This document shows positions 49,034 through 63,248 of a stretch of DNA of 64,000 bases, piece by piece. Every line of letters begins with the position of its first letter. The stretch's first letter is position 1. The DNA comes from Octopus sinensis. Taxonomy: Eukaryota. The stretch covers positions 26,102,001 through 26,166,000 of the forward strand of contig NC_043021.1 in NCBI RefSeq assembly GCF_006345805.1, written 5' to 3'. A program made the translations under genes and the position numbers. The notes under the pieces were generated by a model, which saw only the letters and a program-made list of their open reading frames with translations, did no database searches and had not been told where the DNA came from.

Positions 49034-49959
49034 CTGTAGGGAGAAGAGAAAAGAGGTTTTGCAACAGCTGAGAAACTCCATTCTTCTTCTCAGATGAAGA
49101 GAGGGGTAGTTGGAGGCAGTCCTGACCCCCACCCCCCAACACTGACCACACCACTTTCTCGTGATTTGGGTTTTATTCCCCAGATACTCCTGTTGCAACA
49201 ACCATGAAATGAGATCAATAACCAGTAAAGTAGGGGATTTGCACCAAGAAGGGCATCAAGCTGCAGAATGGGGCCGGTGAAGGCACATGGCTTAGTGGCC
49301 AGGGTACTCAGCACATGATCGTAAGGTTGTAAGTTCAATTCCCGGCAGTGTGTTGTGTCCTTGAGCAAGACACTTTATTTCATATTGCTCCAGTCTATTC
49401 AGCTGGCAAAATGTCTGTGGAGTACTCAGCCACTCGCATGTTAATTTCATGTGCAGGCTGTTCTGTTGATCAGATCAACTGGAACCCTTATCATCGTAAC
49501 CGATGGAGTGCCAGGGCCTTAATCTCACCCATTGCCAGCTGACGAAACCCCTTATGATATCCCGGATGTGGATCATTTCCAGAGTCTCCAGCTAAGGAAT
49601 TTCACCTGAAGGAATTGGTCAACTCAACATTAAGGTAGAAGACCCTTCTCCACAGTCCATATGTTGAGATCAAACCCACAGCTACATCGAAATGTGGCAT
49701 TTCAATTCTTTGAACAACTTTGGCTGTAACTTCAAAGTTAAAATGCCAAAATGAAAGGAGAAATATCTGAGACAAGAAGAGGCAAACACGGAGGTGAGAA
49801 GTGAAGTTTCCCGTGGATCTGAAACACAGATTCCCAAACTGCATATCACGAAAATTTATCAATCCTGATAAATTTTTGTGAATATTTGATTCTGAAGCAT
49901 CGTTATAATCTGATAATTCCACATAGAATTAGATACGCGACTGGTAATACATAAGATTC

Positions 49960-50368
49960 TTTTCATTCTTTCAATTTGTTTCAGTCATTTGACTGCGACC
50001 ATGCTGGAGCACCGCCTTTAGTCGAGCAAATCGACCCCAGGACTTATTCTTTGTAAGCCTAGTACTTATTCTGTCGGTCTCTTTTGCCGAGCCGCTAAGT
50101 TACAGGGACGTAAACACACCAGCATCGGTTGTCAAGGGATGTTGGGGAGACAAACACAGACACACAAACATATACACACACACATATATATATATACATA
50201 TATACGACAGGTTTCTTTCAGTTTCTGTTTACCAAATTCACTCACAAGACTTTGGTCGGCCCGTGTCTATAGTAGAAGACACTTGCCCAAGGTGCCACGC
50301 AGTGGGACTGAACCCAGAACCATGTGGTTGGGAAGCAAGCTACTTACCACACAGTCACTCCTGTGCCT
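49960..50368 (-). mobile_element. Abundant tRNA-derived SINE family A (representative copy)
   Basis: Head aggcacaggagtgactgtgtggtaag...ggttcagtcccactgcgtggcaccttgggcaagtgtcttctactatag. Homologous copies at about 4975-5130, 9150-9513, 26020-26280, 51785-52030, 62180-62330 (+) and 11150-11280, 43430-43565, 55720-55830 (-). Confidence 0.8.
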
Positions 50369-52756
50369 ATATTTAATCATTAACACAATTTAATGCTTTG
50401 GAAATTATATTTTCATAAAGTTTGTTGCCAATGTGTTAGAAAGCTCAGTTTATAAATAAAGAACAATAATGGGAATTTCAGTGGCTCTAAAATAATTTTC
50501 TGATCTGTAGAGTTAAGTAAAATCACAGTCATCCATCCATACAGGTGCAAGTGCCAGGTAAAATGCGTTCGTGCCAGTGGCACGTAGAACACACTCAGCC
50601 CACTCTGTAAAGGGGTTGGTGTTAGGAAGGGCACCCTGCCACAAACAGACAACTCAAGTCCAGACAGCTCCCCCTGCTGGCCAACTCCAGCCAAACCATC
50701 CAACCCATGCCAGCATGAAAGACAGACGTTAAATGACGATGTGCAGTGTGTTGTAGCCTACAGAAAGCAACCATGGAATTTTTCCAACGTCGTTAGAAAG
50801 TTTCGTCTTACATCTAAAAAGACAATGCAGCACCAACAGATCTGTGTTGCTATAGCGACAACCACATAAAATAGATGATGTATTGTGGTCTTCATGCACT
50901 GTCATGAGGTTCACATCCTGTTGATTAAAGTAGATGATGCTGAACAGCACGTAATTATGTTGGAAGGGCCAAACAGGAGAGTCCTGAGAGAGAGAGAGAG
51001 AGAGAGAGAGTGGGGAGGCGGGGTTTAGACAAATTCTGTATTAAGGCTAAGAATAAGTTCAGAGGATCAAATTAGTGAGAAAGGCTCTAAATGAGGAACC
51101 CAGACCAGCTGCCTCTACTAAGACCAGCACCACTGCCTCATCCAGTCTCCAACACCCTAGTAACGACAACTTTGTGTAGTGCAGAGTTCATAGTTGATGT
51201 TGACTGAGGTTTACAAAAGCAACGGAAACTCCTTATGTTGCCAAATAGGGGGGTTAAAGTAAGAAAGGGACACATTATCCCTGATCAGAACCAACAGTCG
51301 ACTTCTAATTCACATCCTGACCGTAGATTTCTCAACCAACCGAGTCTGCAGAATCAATCCAATTCCAGGCCAAGCCATTCCATTTCACCTGTACCAGTGA
51401 TTACTAACCTTAATAGCTTATCAGGGGAGGATTTCCACTGGGCTGACACGATCACATCTTTAGCCCTTTAGCATTTCAACTGACAATACCCAGCCAAAAT
51501 ATTCTATCTGTTTCTTGTTCAAACTGGCCAGATTCAGCATCTCACACTTACCCAGCAATGTCATTCTAAAAATAAACAATCACATCTTCGAAATCTCTAC
51601 GCTACGAGATAACACATGATCAGTTATTAAAGAAATGGGAGTAAATAAGTGTTAGGCTTGACAGAGAAAAGCTGACAACTAAAGAGTCAGAAGACACTCT
51701 AAACCCTACCAAGAATTATGAAACCATTTTGACATGAACGACAGAGGAATGGGTGCTACTATTTTGTGCACAACAAAGGTGCCAGGCATGGCTGTGCGGT
51801 TGAGACGTTCACTCCACAACCACATGGTTTCATGTTCAGTCCCACTGTGTGACACTTTGGCTAAGTGCCTTCTACTACAGCCCTAGGCTGACCAAAGCTT
51901 TGTGAGTGGATCAAGTAAACAGAAACTGAAAGAAGCCCATTGTGTGTGTGTGTGTATCCTTGTCTTGACGCTAAAGGATTGTTATAAGTGCGTGTCATCA
52001 CCATCATCATCATCATCATCGGCATTTAACATTCGTCTTCCATGCTGGCAAGCCAGAGAACTGTGCCCAACTCCACTGTCTGCCTTTCCTAACACCAACC
52101 ACTTTACAGAGTGGATCAGGTGCTTTTTTCTTTTATGCGGTACCAGCATAAGAAAGGTCTACATTGGCATGGGTTTTATGGCTGGATGCCCTCCCCAATG
52201 CCAACCACTTTACAGAGCAGACTGGGTTCTTTTTAGTTGGTCAGCTTTTCGACCAAGAGGAAACAGGTTAGGGGTAGTGACAGGAAGGGCATCTGGCTAT
52301 AGCAAATTTACCTTAATGAATTCTGTCTGAGCATGGGAAAGTGAACATTAAAATGATGATGATGTAACACAAAGACCTTTTCCTTTTGTGGAGATGCAGC
52401 AATTTCAATTTCAGGCTTATGGTGCATGTGTGCGTATATTGTGGTGTTGGAGGTGTGTGTGTCTGTAGAATGAAATGAAAATCTTCATTGCAGCTAGAGG
52501 AAAAGAATTAAAAAGAAACGAGATACGAGAGAGAGAGAGAGAGATAAAGAGAGAGAGAGAGAAAGGGAGATAAAGAGAGAGAGAGAGAGAGAGAAAGAAA
52601 GAAAGAGAGAATAACAACAACTACTGCGTTTTCATTATGTCTAGAATTCTGTTATTTCTGGTTTAACTACAATTGATTTTGAACAGTTTTCAACAGCTAC
52701 TATTATTATTATTAATTTTATTATTATCTTCATTGTGTATTTAAAAGTACACTTAC

Positions 52757-52803
52757 CTTCCCTACCAATTCCCTGCGCACTACATTACAGCAAATCCCTG
52801 ACA
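52757..52803 (-). other. Putative non-coding 5' UTR exon of Nup50 (47 nt)
   Basis: Acceptor ctattttcactctcag|tgtc and near-consensus donor gaag|gtaagt; contains an ATG-TAG start-stop. Confidence 0.4.
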
Positions 52804-53693
52804 CTGAGAGTGAAAATAGCCACAGCAATAGTTTTGTCTTTATTTAATCACACATTTTAATCTCTCTCTCTCTCTCTCTCTGATAAAATTAACAGGGAAA
52901 AGCAGCAAGTTTCCAATCAATGAAATTGTGTACAGCAATGGAAGAAAATGATGACGGCAGCGATGATGACGATAGTTGATTCAGTAAAAATTATATGAAA
53001 TATTTTTCTTTTTTTTTTTCCTTTTGTTACTAATTCTTTGAATAACCTACAATTCTCCATCTGTCTGTCTGTCTGTCTGTGAGATTTCCATTAAGGAACA
53101 AAAAAACAAACAAACAAAATATTAAAACCCCAAGGATTTCCACTTGTTGTAATTCATTATATGGACTGCATTTAACACTTGGCCAACCACCTCCACTCAC
53201 TACTAAAAGCAAATCTAATCGACACACAACCAATTTTACAAGCTACACACACACTCAGCCATATATACTCACACACACACACACACACACACACACATTT
53301 CAAAATGCTTTCTGAATATTGCTCTTTGAGCCAGTCATGTTCATATAAAACATGTTAATCTACTGACTTACACTACAGACTATATAAACCAGTTTATGTT
53401 TTTCTGGGTTTTTTTTCTTTTGCCATTGATCTGCCACACACACACACACACACACACACAGCACTTGGTAGAATTATTAGTGTTGGACGAAATGCTTAGC
53501 GACATCCGTTCCCAGTTCTTTACACTCAAAGTTCAAACCCTGGCAAAGTTTCACTTTGCCTTTCATCTTTTCAGGGTTGATTAAATACAATAAAGCACTC
53601 GTCCAGTCTTGGGGTCATTGCAATCGACTGACTAAACCCCCCACCCCCACCCCTACAATTTCTGGCCTTCAGCCAGAATCTGAAACCACTTAA

Positions 53694-54123
53694 CCCTTTA
53701 ACATTCAGATTATTTTGTCACATGCAATGCTTTATTTATTCTCATTGTTTTCAATTAATTAGGCATTATCTCATGGCTTCGAAATGTTGATGTCATCATC
53801 ATCATCATCATCATCATTCAACCACCGTTTTCCATGCTAGAAGGAGTTGGATGCTTTGACAGAAGCTTGCAAGCCAGAAAGCTGCACCAGGCTTCATTTT
53901 TCTTTTTCTTTTCTTTTGTTTTTTTGCATGGTTCCAATGGCTGGATGCCCTTCCAAATGCCACCCACTTCACAAAGGGGATTGAGTGCTTTTTACGTGGC
54001 ACCAATACAGGTGCTTTGCAGGTGCCACATAAAAATCACAGATGTGAGAAGCCGGGTCTGTCCAGTTGGAACATAAAACAGGAAAAATATTCAGGTGGAA
54101 GTGACGCAGATGGTTTAAACAGG
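53694..54123. mobile_element. TTAA-flanked piggyBac-type MITE interrupted by a LINE 3' fragment
   Basis: ttaaccctttaacattcag left end and aaacaggttaa right end; related pieces at about 20295-20470 and 51465-51640. Confidence 0.45.
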
Positions 54124-57123
54124 TTAAGGTAGCAAGCTAGCAGAATTGGCAGAGAATCGGACAGGATGCCAAGTGGCATTTCTTCAGACCCTTCAAGGGT
54201 TTAAGTTGAACAAATCAATGCCAGTATTTATGTTTTTTTAAAGTCTGGTATTCATTCTATCGGTCACTTTTGTTGAACTACAAAGTACAGGGATGTAAAC
54301 AAACCAATATCAGTTGTCAAATGGTAAAAGTAATTATTTTAATGCCTATTATACCAAGTTGTCAAGTGGTAAAACAGGCCCATGGAGGGAACATGTGAAA
54401 GGGGTAGACCCAGGAAGATGTGGGACGAAGTGGTGAGAAAGGATCTTCAGATGTTGGACCTCACAGAGGGAATGACAGGGGACCAAGACCCCTGGCGATT
54501 CACTGTGCTTGAGGAGACATGTCAAGCTAAGTAAAATTGAGGCCGTTCTTGCATACAGGCATGTTCCCTGCACCCCCACCCCCCTTTCAGCTGAGCATTC
54601 CTAATCTTGCAGGTTCATGGGTGTTGGTGCCACGTAAAAGCATCCGGTACACTCTGTAAAGTGGCTGGCATTAGGAAGGGCAACCAGCTGTAGAAACCAT
54701 GCCAAAACAGACCTGGAGCCCTGGCAGCTCTTCAGCTGATCAGCACCTGTCAAACCGTCCAACCCATGCCAGCATGGAAAAACAGACGTTAAATGATGAT
54801 GGTAATGATGATGATGATGATGATGATGATAACAATAATCTGAGATCTAACCTTGTCCCTTCTTGGTTTTTACCCTTCAGTCATCACATGATACTTCAGA
54901 CATCGAAGACTGACCAAGGAACAAAAAGAGAACCCGAATATAACAGAGCTTTTCAAGACATACGAGCAATACAGGATCACCAGACAAGGTGTGTGTGTGT
55001 GTGTGTTAGTATTCACACGTGTGTGTTTGGGGTACAAGGAATTAATGACATTAATTAAACAAACGAGAAAGTGAACGGAGATTTATTTAATGTTCTCTCC
55101 TGTCACAGAGTTATTTTAACAAACAAGTCGTTAAGAAATTAATCCCATTATAATGCTGTCTTATCACAAATATAGGCCAGGCCAGTCCAGTCTTAAACCC
55201 ATTAGCAGTTTCACTTCGATACAAGTGGTGTTTACGAAAGAGCTTTACACAGAGTATTGATGTTGTTGTTGTTACACAATGGAGGGATTGACCACCTCTA
55301 CAACTGTTGTAATAAAGTAACCAATACTGACCAGTACCACTGACCATCACTGTAATTGCTGCAAGACTGACCAGTACTATAATGAAATATTGTTAAGCAT
55401 TTTGTCCAGTGTCCCCATTAATTAGCATGCCGGACATAATAATTAACCTGTATTACGATTATTGTCATCATCAATTTAACGTTCACTTCTCAATGCTTGC
55501 ATGGGTCAGATTGAATCTGTGGAGGTTGATTTTCTATGGTTGGATGCTCTTCCAGTCACCAACCTTCACCTGTTTTCAAATAAGGTAAATATTTCCTTAT
55601 GGCCAGACATGTTGACATGGAAGACTGGAAATGAAGGACCACCTCTTGAATGATGGTGATGCTCATTTACAACTCTTGTGATATCAAAACAAAGACACAC
55701 ACCCACACATGACAAGCTTCTTTCAGTTTCCATCGATCAAATCCACTCACATGGTTTTTGGCTAGCCTGGGGCTATAGTAGAAGACATTTGCCCAAGGTA
55801 CCACCCAGTGGGACTGAACCTGAAACCACACTTGTGTCAAGAGAGTTATGTGTTGTTTAGCAATGAAGTACTGACTCAACACAAAGCCAAGATCCACTAA
55901 TTAAAGCTGTAGATGATTTAATTAACCCTGGTATATTACAGATACTTATTCATGCACTACTCATGAAATGCTAAGTCAATCTTGGTGGAATATGGAGTTG
56001 CCAATGTAACAAGATGAGAGTCAGTACAACAACCTACCGAACGTTTGGCCATATTGCTTGTCCTAGGAACCAGAATATTATTGCAGTATCTTGGCATTTT
56101 CTATTTCCAATGAGCTTTTTAAGTTTACAAGAATTTCAGCTGTCAATTTTGACTTGCGCCTTCACTGACAGGATATTTCAACTAAGCAGACAAAGGAATT
56201 GATTTCTTAGCATTTTCAAAGAGTACTGAATGAAGTAGGAAGCAAATAAGTGGCAAAGTAAGCACAGACTGAAGCCTTTCATATGAGAAATTCCATCCAA
56301 ACAGCAGCTTCCTTGAATGCTCTCTTCTTCATTAATAAATAGGTAACACTTGACAGATTGACAACATGCCGACAATTAAAGCCAGAAGTCAACTGACAAA
56401 GGAGGAAGAGTGGGGGTGGGGGTGGGAGGAGTGGAGAAGAGAACTAAGAGAGTGCGGGGTCGGGGACAGGAGGGAATTAAAGAAGAAACCAGTTTAATAA
56501 GGATTTGTGGATTAAAAGCAACAATTCACAAAGACAATGAAAATGTGGAGATTAATGATGCAGGAAGGAACAGAAAGACAGAAAACAAAGTGTTTTCATG
56601 AAGTAGTTTGGGAATTGGTTCTCGGACAAAGAAACACTGGCCTTCACACATTTGGAAGAACTTTGATCCAATAAACAAAGGAAGAAAAAAATAAATAAAA
56701 GAACCTCCCACCACCACCACCACTCCACCTTCCACCTGTCAGTTTGTTAATAAAAATCACTTTGAATATATGATTAGTTATGCAAATATTGAACAGCCTA
56801 AACGATTGAAATCATGCAATTAACCACAAAATGCAATTCACTAAATTTTGCATAATAGGCTACAAATTATATTTAAATATTGTTAATAAGGAAGGAATTC
56901 CAACCACGTTTCGTGGTTTGCTACCTCAGCAGCTCCTTTATAGGATCCAGTGGCTAAAGACATCATAAGGAGGAACCATGTCCGGTTTCGGCCCCTACTC
57001 CTCTACCATTTTTGACGTGGCGGGGCCTCCCCCTTTCATGTGACTTCAGCTCTGGTGTTGAGTGCATTTCTTCTTTCTTCTGTTGCCTGGCCTCTTTGAT
57101 GCAGCGTCAATGAGTGTCCGCAG

Positions 57124-57160
57124 GCGACTGACCATCCGGCCAAGTTTCCCTTTAAATACT
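57124..57160 (-). promoter_or_regulatory. Candidate Pol II core promoter (TATA-like plus Initiator)
   Basis: TATTTAAA at 57158-57151 and TCAGTC Inr with A+1 at 57129, so the TATA starts at -29. It sits in a locally GC/CpG-rich block. Confidence 0.35.
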
Positions 57161-58330
57161 TGCCGGTAGGCTCCAGCAGCCAGCACCAGCTAACTGTCAC
57201 ACGTGCTTTTGTTGGACATTTAAAAAAAATATTCCTTTTATTGCTTTCAGTAAAAGAACAAAAGTATAATGTGAAAGAGAGAGAGAGGGAGAGGGGTAGA
57301 GAGGGAGAGAGAGAGATGAGAGAAGCTGACTCAAAGAGACAAGGGACTGTGACAATGAACGGGATAACATGGCACTATATGTGCAGCATATGCACAGATG
57401 TGGTCCTTTCCTTGACAAACAGATATCTTTTGATGACCCATGTTCATGTTCATGTGGATGCCATCTCCAACACCAACCACTTTACAGAATGTACTGGGTG
57501 CTTTTTATGTGACACCAGCAGCAACACCAACACTTTTTATGTGGCACTTGGGTCTTAGGACATCATTTCTGTTGTGGTGGGCAAGTCTTCTTCAGCACAG
57601 TATTGTGCCAAATATCTCGGTCCTCTGACATCATCTTTATAAGGTTCAGCATTTTCAGATCAGCCTCTAATGTTTCATTCTACGTCTTGCTGGGTTTCTC
57701 TCTACCACATCTCCCCTCCACTTGAAGTCGACTTTGCCTTTTATCCTTTTGGGGTTGCTAAAATAAGTACTTGTTGAGCACTGGGGTCAAAGTAATTAAC
57801 TTACACATTCCCTTAAAATTGCTGGCCTTGTGCAAAAAATTGAAACCGTTGTTGTTGTTGTTATTAGCTCTGCCTTAGTGAAGGGGGGGGGGAAATTTGG
57901 TTCCAGTTGCATTTGTTTGTTTGTCTGTGGGACAAGATATCTCAAGAACCACTGGATGGATTCAGATGAAACTTTCAGGGATGTTTGGCCTTGTGACTGG
58001 CACAAACTGATTAGATTTGGAGAACGATCCAGCACCCGACAAGGATTCTGGTTATTATTATTATTATTAACATTTATTAATTGAATAGCACAACTGTATA
58101 ATTGCTGATATAAATACAGTCTGCCTGCCATGTGGGATTTTCATTTTTTAATGCTGATCAGAAAGAAGTGGCTAATTTTCCAGAAGGAGACATTAAGAAT
58201 TAGACAGAGCTTTGCAATATGACCAAGAATTTGCAGAGCAATAGAACTCTTGAACCATGTGGTTGGGCAGCAAACTTTATCACACAGCCATGCCTGCACC
58301 CATGTGGCTAAATAATATTTATACATTTAA

Positions 58331-58525
58331 GGTGGCGAGCTGGCAGAAATGTTAGCATGCTGGGCGAAATGCTTAGCGGTATTTCGTCTGTTGTTACGTT
58401 CTGAGTTCAAATTCCACCGAAGTCAACTTTGCTTTTCATCCTTTTGGGGTTGATAAATTAAGTACCAGTTGTGTATTGGGGGTCAACCTCAAAAATTTCA
58501 GGCCTTGTGCCTAGAGTCAAAAAAA
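58331..58525 (+). mobile_element. Abundant SINE family B (representative copy)
   Basis: ggtggcgagctggcagaa...ttctgagttcaaattc...ttttggggttgataaattaagtacc. Homologous copies at about 10225, 23770, 24070, 30620, 30870, 45500 and 53460. Confidence 0.75.
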
Positions 58526-58729
58526 TATTTATAAATTTAATTCCCAATTTGTGTAATTATTCTGCTATGACATGGACTCATTTCCCTCTGTATCCTTTTC
58601 TGCCCCCATTTCAGCACTCTCTGGCTTCAGAAATAAATTCTAGAATAACAGCAAGCACTTAAAGGCAGCTTTAGGATTTATAAAGTTCTGCTCACTTGAC
58701 TTAGTGACACAATAGCACTCAGTTTATTT

Positions 58730-58772
<43 letters not shown>

Positions 58773-58776
58773 AAAA

Positions 58777-58923
58777 AGGAGGTAATCAGAATTTTAGATA
58801 ATTATTTATTTAGTACTTTCATCTCGTTACATGAGATTAATCAGGCATCTCATTCCTGATTGAATCTCTGAAACAAGATGAAAATGCTAAATAAATAATT
58901 ATCCAAAATTCTGACTACCTCCT
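58777..58923. repeat. 147-nt near-perfect palindrome (about 69-bp arms, 9-nt loop)
   Basis: aggaggtaatcagaatttt...gagattaatcagg catctcatt cctgattgaatctc...aaaattctgactacctcct. Confidence 0.85.
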
Positions 58924-61356
58924 TCTTCTTGATATATCAAATCTGTACACCACTTCAAACAATCTACACACACACACACGTAAACGGAGATATTGTAATT
59001 AACACGGCAATGAACTGGAATGCACACCTAATATGTACTGGAAAACTTCCTACAGGTTCAAACACGTGATTCTAACATGAGATTACTTTCCCACTGAGAT
59101 GTACAACAGATTTCGTGTAGTAGTCCTCATCCTAATACTGTAATATCATCATCATCATCATCATTTTTCATGCTCGTAAGCTGGAGAGCTGCACCAGGTG
59201 CCAATTGCGTGTTTTGGCATGGTCTCTACAGCTGGATGCCCTTCCTAATGTCAACCACTTTACATAGTGCACTCAATGCCTATCATGTGGCACCAACATG
59301 GGTGCTTTATATATGGCACCAGCACAGGTGCTTTTTATGTGGCACCAGAATGGATATTTTTTACGTGATGCCAGCACAGAAGCTTTTTACGTGACACCAG
59401 TCTCATATAATTTTTGTTTTTATAACAAATTGTGCTCAAAAGCAAAATACTTTAGTTGAAAGAAAATGAGACAAGTTTATATTTGGTACATTTAGAGAAA
59501 TTAAAACCATTTTTCTTCTTCAGATTTCTATTTCTTCAAAAAAAAAACCCAACAAACATGAAAGGATTTGGAATCAACAAATTTGGCTGATGCTGTAGAA
59601 ATGTCTTTTCGTGATATCTTTGTAGAAAGTAATGTAATGCAGAGAGAGGGTGAGGGGGGGAGAGAAAGAGAGGGAGAGAGAGGGGGGGAAGGACAAAGTG
59701 GAAATGTTGCACTAACTTAAAATTAGGTGTCTGTAACTGAAATCTTCAATAATAAATGAAACTTGAAAACCACTTTTGATAAAAAATATACTAAAGTTAT
59801 CATTTTTAACAATTTTCTAAACAGTGCTTCTTTTAGTAATAGTTAGACATTCCAGACTAATTAATAAGTAGCTTTCTTTATTATAGTATAGATAACGATA
59901 ATTAGTGACTGCTGTTTCATGTAACATGACTTCTAAGCTGATATAATCAGAACTGCGTTTTATGTTTATTTGTAGACATGTCTATGATGCGTCTCTGTTC
60001 ACATCTTTCGTTTTGCTTTCAGAGATCAACATGGAAGTCGTATCAAGTCAACACTGAGTGTTTGGTGAAAATATTTTGGCTTGCAGAGGTTAAAGTTCAA
60101 ACTGTTGTTTAGTCATAGAATTGCCAACAGGAAATCACTGCAGTGTGTCTGTCTCCAGAGAATCCAAAAATTAGCAGATTTCCCAGGAGCAACTGCTCAT
60201 AGGCAGTTTAAACCTTTGCTGATCAGATTCCTAACCAGAATACATTCCTTATGTGTGTTTTAATTAATTTTGAAAATAATTAATCGGTTTAGTAAAATAA
60301 TCAAGTACATCATTAATCCTTTACATACAAACCTGAGATCACTTCTGTGCCTATGATACCAACTTTGTTGTTTTAAAATGATCTAGATTAAAACACTTCT
60401 TCAAAATTCCATGTTAATTTAAATTCCAAATATTAGTTTAATAACGACAAAGTCGTTTTACTATATTCTTCATAGTTCCAAAACTGATGGAAGCAAAGAC
60501 AGTATATGCTAGCAGTAATGTAGTAGCAAAAGGGTTACGCTGATGTCTGGAAGGTTTAATTGAAATATTAAAATGTGCAATTTTATATCAAAGAACCAGA
60601 AGAAGTCCCACACAGGATGGTATAAGAAGGGGGAAAAAAAGGGATTTAAGTTCATATTGATCCAATTAATCTATAGTAATCACTCAAAACTGACTGAACC
60701 CATAACAGACAAGAGTTAAAGATGAGGACTGCTTGAGATCCTGGTTCCACTGAACAGGTTAATGAAGGCTGCTAGCAAACCTATTTACTGTTCTACATAA
60801 AAGCAATCCAACAAGTGGAACAGGAGGTGAGTCTGATTGAGTTGACAGAGGTGTCAGCATTGCCATCAAATAACTGACAGGTGGAATCCCACTACACAAC
60901 TCTCGACAGTTCTGTTAAGCTGCTTCCTTTTCCATTGCTGCACAAATCACACGTCCACAAGAAACAATCAGACGAGGCTAATGTTTCTTGGGAACTGACT
61001 TCCAATGACTGAAAATACATCCAAACAAAAATTTTCTTTTCTTCTTTCGTTTTTTGGGGAGAAAAAAGACCAATTATACTTCGTAGAAAATAAATTATAC
61101 TGAATAAATTGAGTGTTATTGTTAATAAATTCTTAGAAAATTAAAAGTTCTGAAATGAAACAAAACAAATGAAAACATCCAATCCTCCCCCCCTTCCACA
61201 CAAGTTATCTCTGTGTAATATTAGAAACCAGAAAAATCAACACTTGAACCATTTTCAATCAGCCTTGCAGTGAAATAATGGAAGATTTCAATGCTTGTCA
61301 TGCTTTTCTTTGTTTTCCATTCACACCAAAAACAAAAACACAATTTGTTTTGTTTT

Positions 61357-61420
<64 letters not shown>

Positions 61421-61426
61421 GTATGT

Positions 61427-61460
<34 letters not shown>

Positions 61461-63214
61461 GTATATTGTTGAATCCTGGTTGAAAATTCATTCAATTTTT
61501 CCTTTACTTAAATCAAACCAACAAGATAATAATATGCAGTTTAGTTGTTTAGATTTTAAATTACATTTTCTTTCTTTCCCACTGTTTTGCTTTGATAAAC
61601 AAACAAACAAACAAAAAAAGAACGAAAGGAAGAAAGAAAGAAAGAAAAAATTCTGTTCAAAATATTAAAATGATAGAAAGAAAAGAGAAGAAGCAGAGTA
61701 TAATAATGCTATTTCTATAAATGGAAAAAATTATATTGCGTTTTTGTATTTTTTTTTTTTACATTATCTTTGTTTTCAGTTTTTAATACAAATAAGTACA
61801 GAAAAAGAAAAATGCAAAGCATTTAAATACAGTCTACTACTACTACCACCACCACCACCACCATTACTGCTGCTGCTGCCTCACCTCCACTACTATTACT
61901 ACTACAACTACTATCACCACCACCACCACCCATCATCATCACTATTAGTACTGTTACCATAACATTTTAGAGAATATTTCCAAAACACAAGACGTTCAAA
62001 AACCTAAAAGATTTCTCAATTGCAAAGTCCAAGAGTCTGTGAAAATCAATGAATATTTTTCATTGTGAAACTTGTTTAGAATTTGGCAAAATGAACTTAA
62101 TTGAAATAAATGAGTAATAAAGTGGATGGGGGGGGGGACTAGAAATAAGAACATTATCAAATGAGGGAGAAACTGTAAGAAGTTGTTGTGTGGTTAAGAA
62201 ATATGTTTCACAACCATATATTCTGGGTCAGGGTTCAGTCCCACTGCACAGCACCTTGAGTAAATGGCTTCTATTATAGCCCCAGGCTGACCAAAGACAT
62301 GCGAATAGATTTGGTAGAGGGAAATTGAGTGGAAACTTGTCCTGAGCAACCTGCAGCCCACGGGATTTTCTCAATAGCAAACCAACAAAAATTTACCTTG
62401 AATTTTGTTTTAGTGGTGTGGCCCACCTGATGATGTTGAGCTGTATCTCATTGTGGCTTGGTTCTCAAAAAAGACTGTCCATGCCAAGAGTAAACAATAT
62501 TGGACAAGAGTAGGGTGGGAAATGATTTCCAGAAAGAGAATGGAGGGAAAAACCTTTCCAAATATTTCTTTCCCAAAATGTTCCCAAGAAACCAGTGTCA
62601 ATTAGTTATCCTCATCACTCAAAATGCTTGATGACAAATCTCAGTCACTGCTAATCCAGTCTATAACAAAGCTGCAGAATCGCAGACACCATAGCAGAGT
62701 GTTTCAATGATCTACGGTTGTTGGAACCATAAGATCCTGATAGTGTTTCTATGACCAATGTTTGGAATCATAGATAGCATAAGATTTGTGCTTCCGTGAT
62801 CTTTGTCTGGAACAAATAGGCCAACCTGTGCTACTCCGGATTAACAAACAATAAAATGCAACATTTGACAGAGGATTAGGATTACAGCTGACTCATACAG
62901 AACTGCATGTATGGAAGACCATAATATATACATACACACACACATCACTGTATTGAATAGATTATTTGATATGTTTATATCCCATTAGTCATATGATGCT
63001 GCCCTGCTGGGGTGAGCAGGCCAAATCCCCCTTGAACACAATACCCAATCCATTGCTGAGTTCCCCACTTCTTGCACCTGAGTGGATTGGAGCACCATGA
63101 AATTAAGTATTTTGTTAAAGAAAACACACCACTCATCTGGGAATTGAAACCACAATCTTTGTGATCACAAATACAACACTCTAACCACTAGGCCACACAC
63201 CTCCAAAATATACA

Positions 63215-63248
<34 letters not shown>

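Noticed and set aside
49602-49922. 106-aa minus ORF between SINEs
   Set aside because: GTG start, no family match, and upstream of the true Nup50 start; left unassigned.
51235-51471. 78-aa ATG ORF with coding-like composition
   Set aside because: An in-frame stop lies just upstream, with no homology I recognise and no clear splice sites.
60680-61010. Plus donor ggag|gtgagt and minus acceptor ttttcag| around a unique block
   Set aside because: Stops in all frames examined and no partner sites identified.
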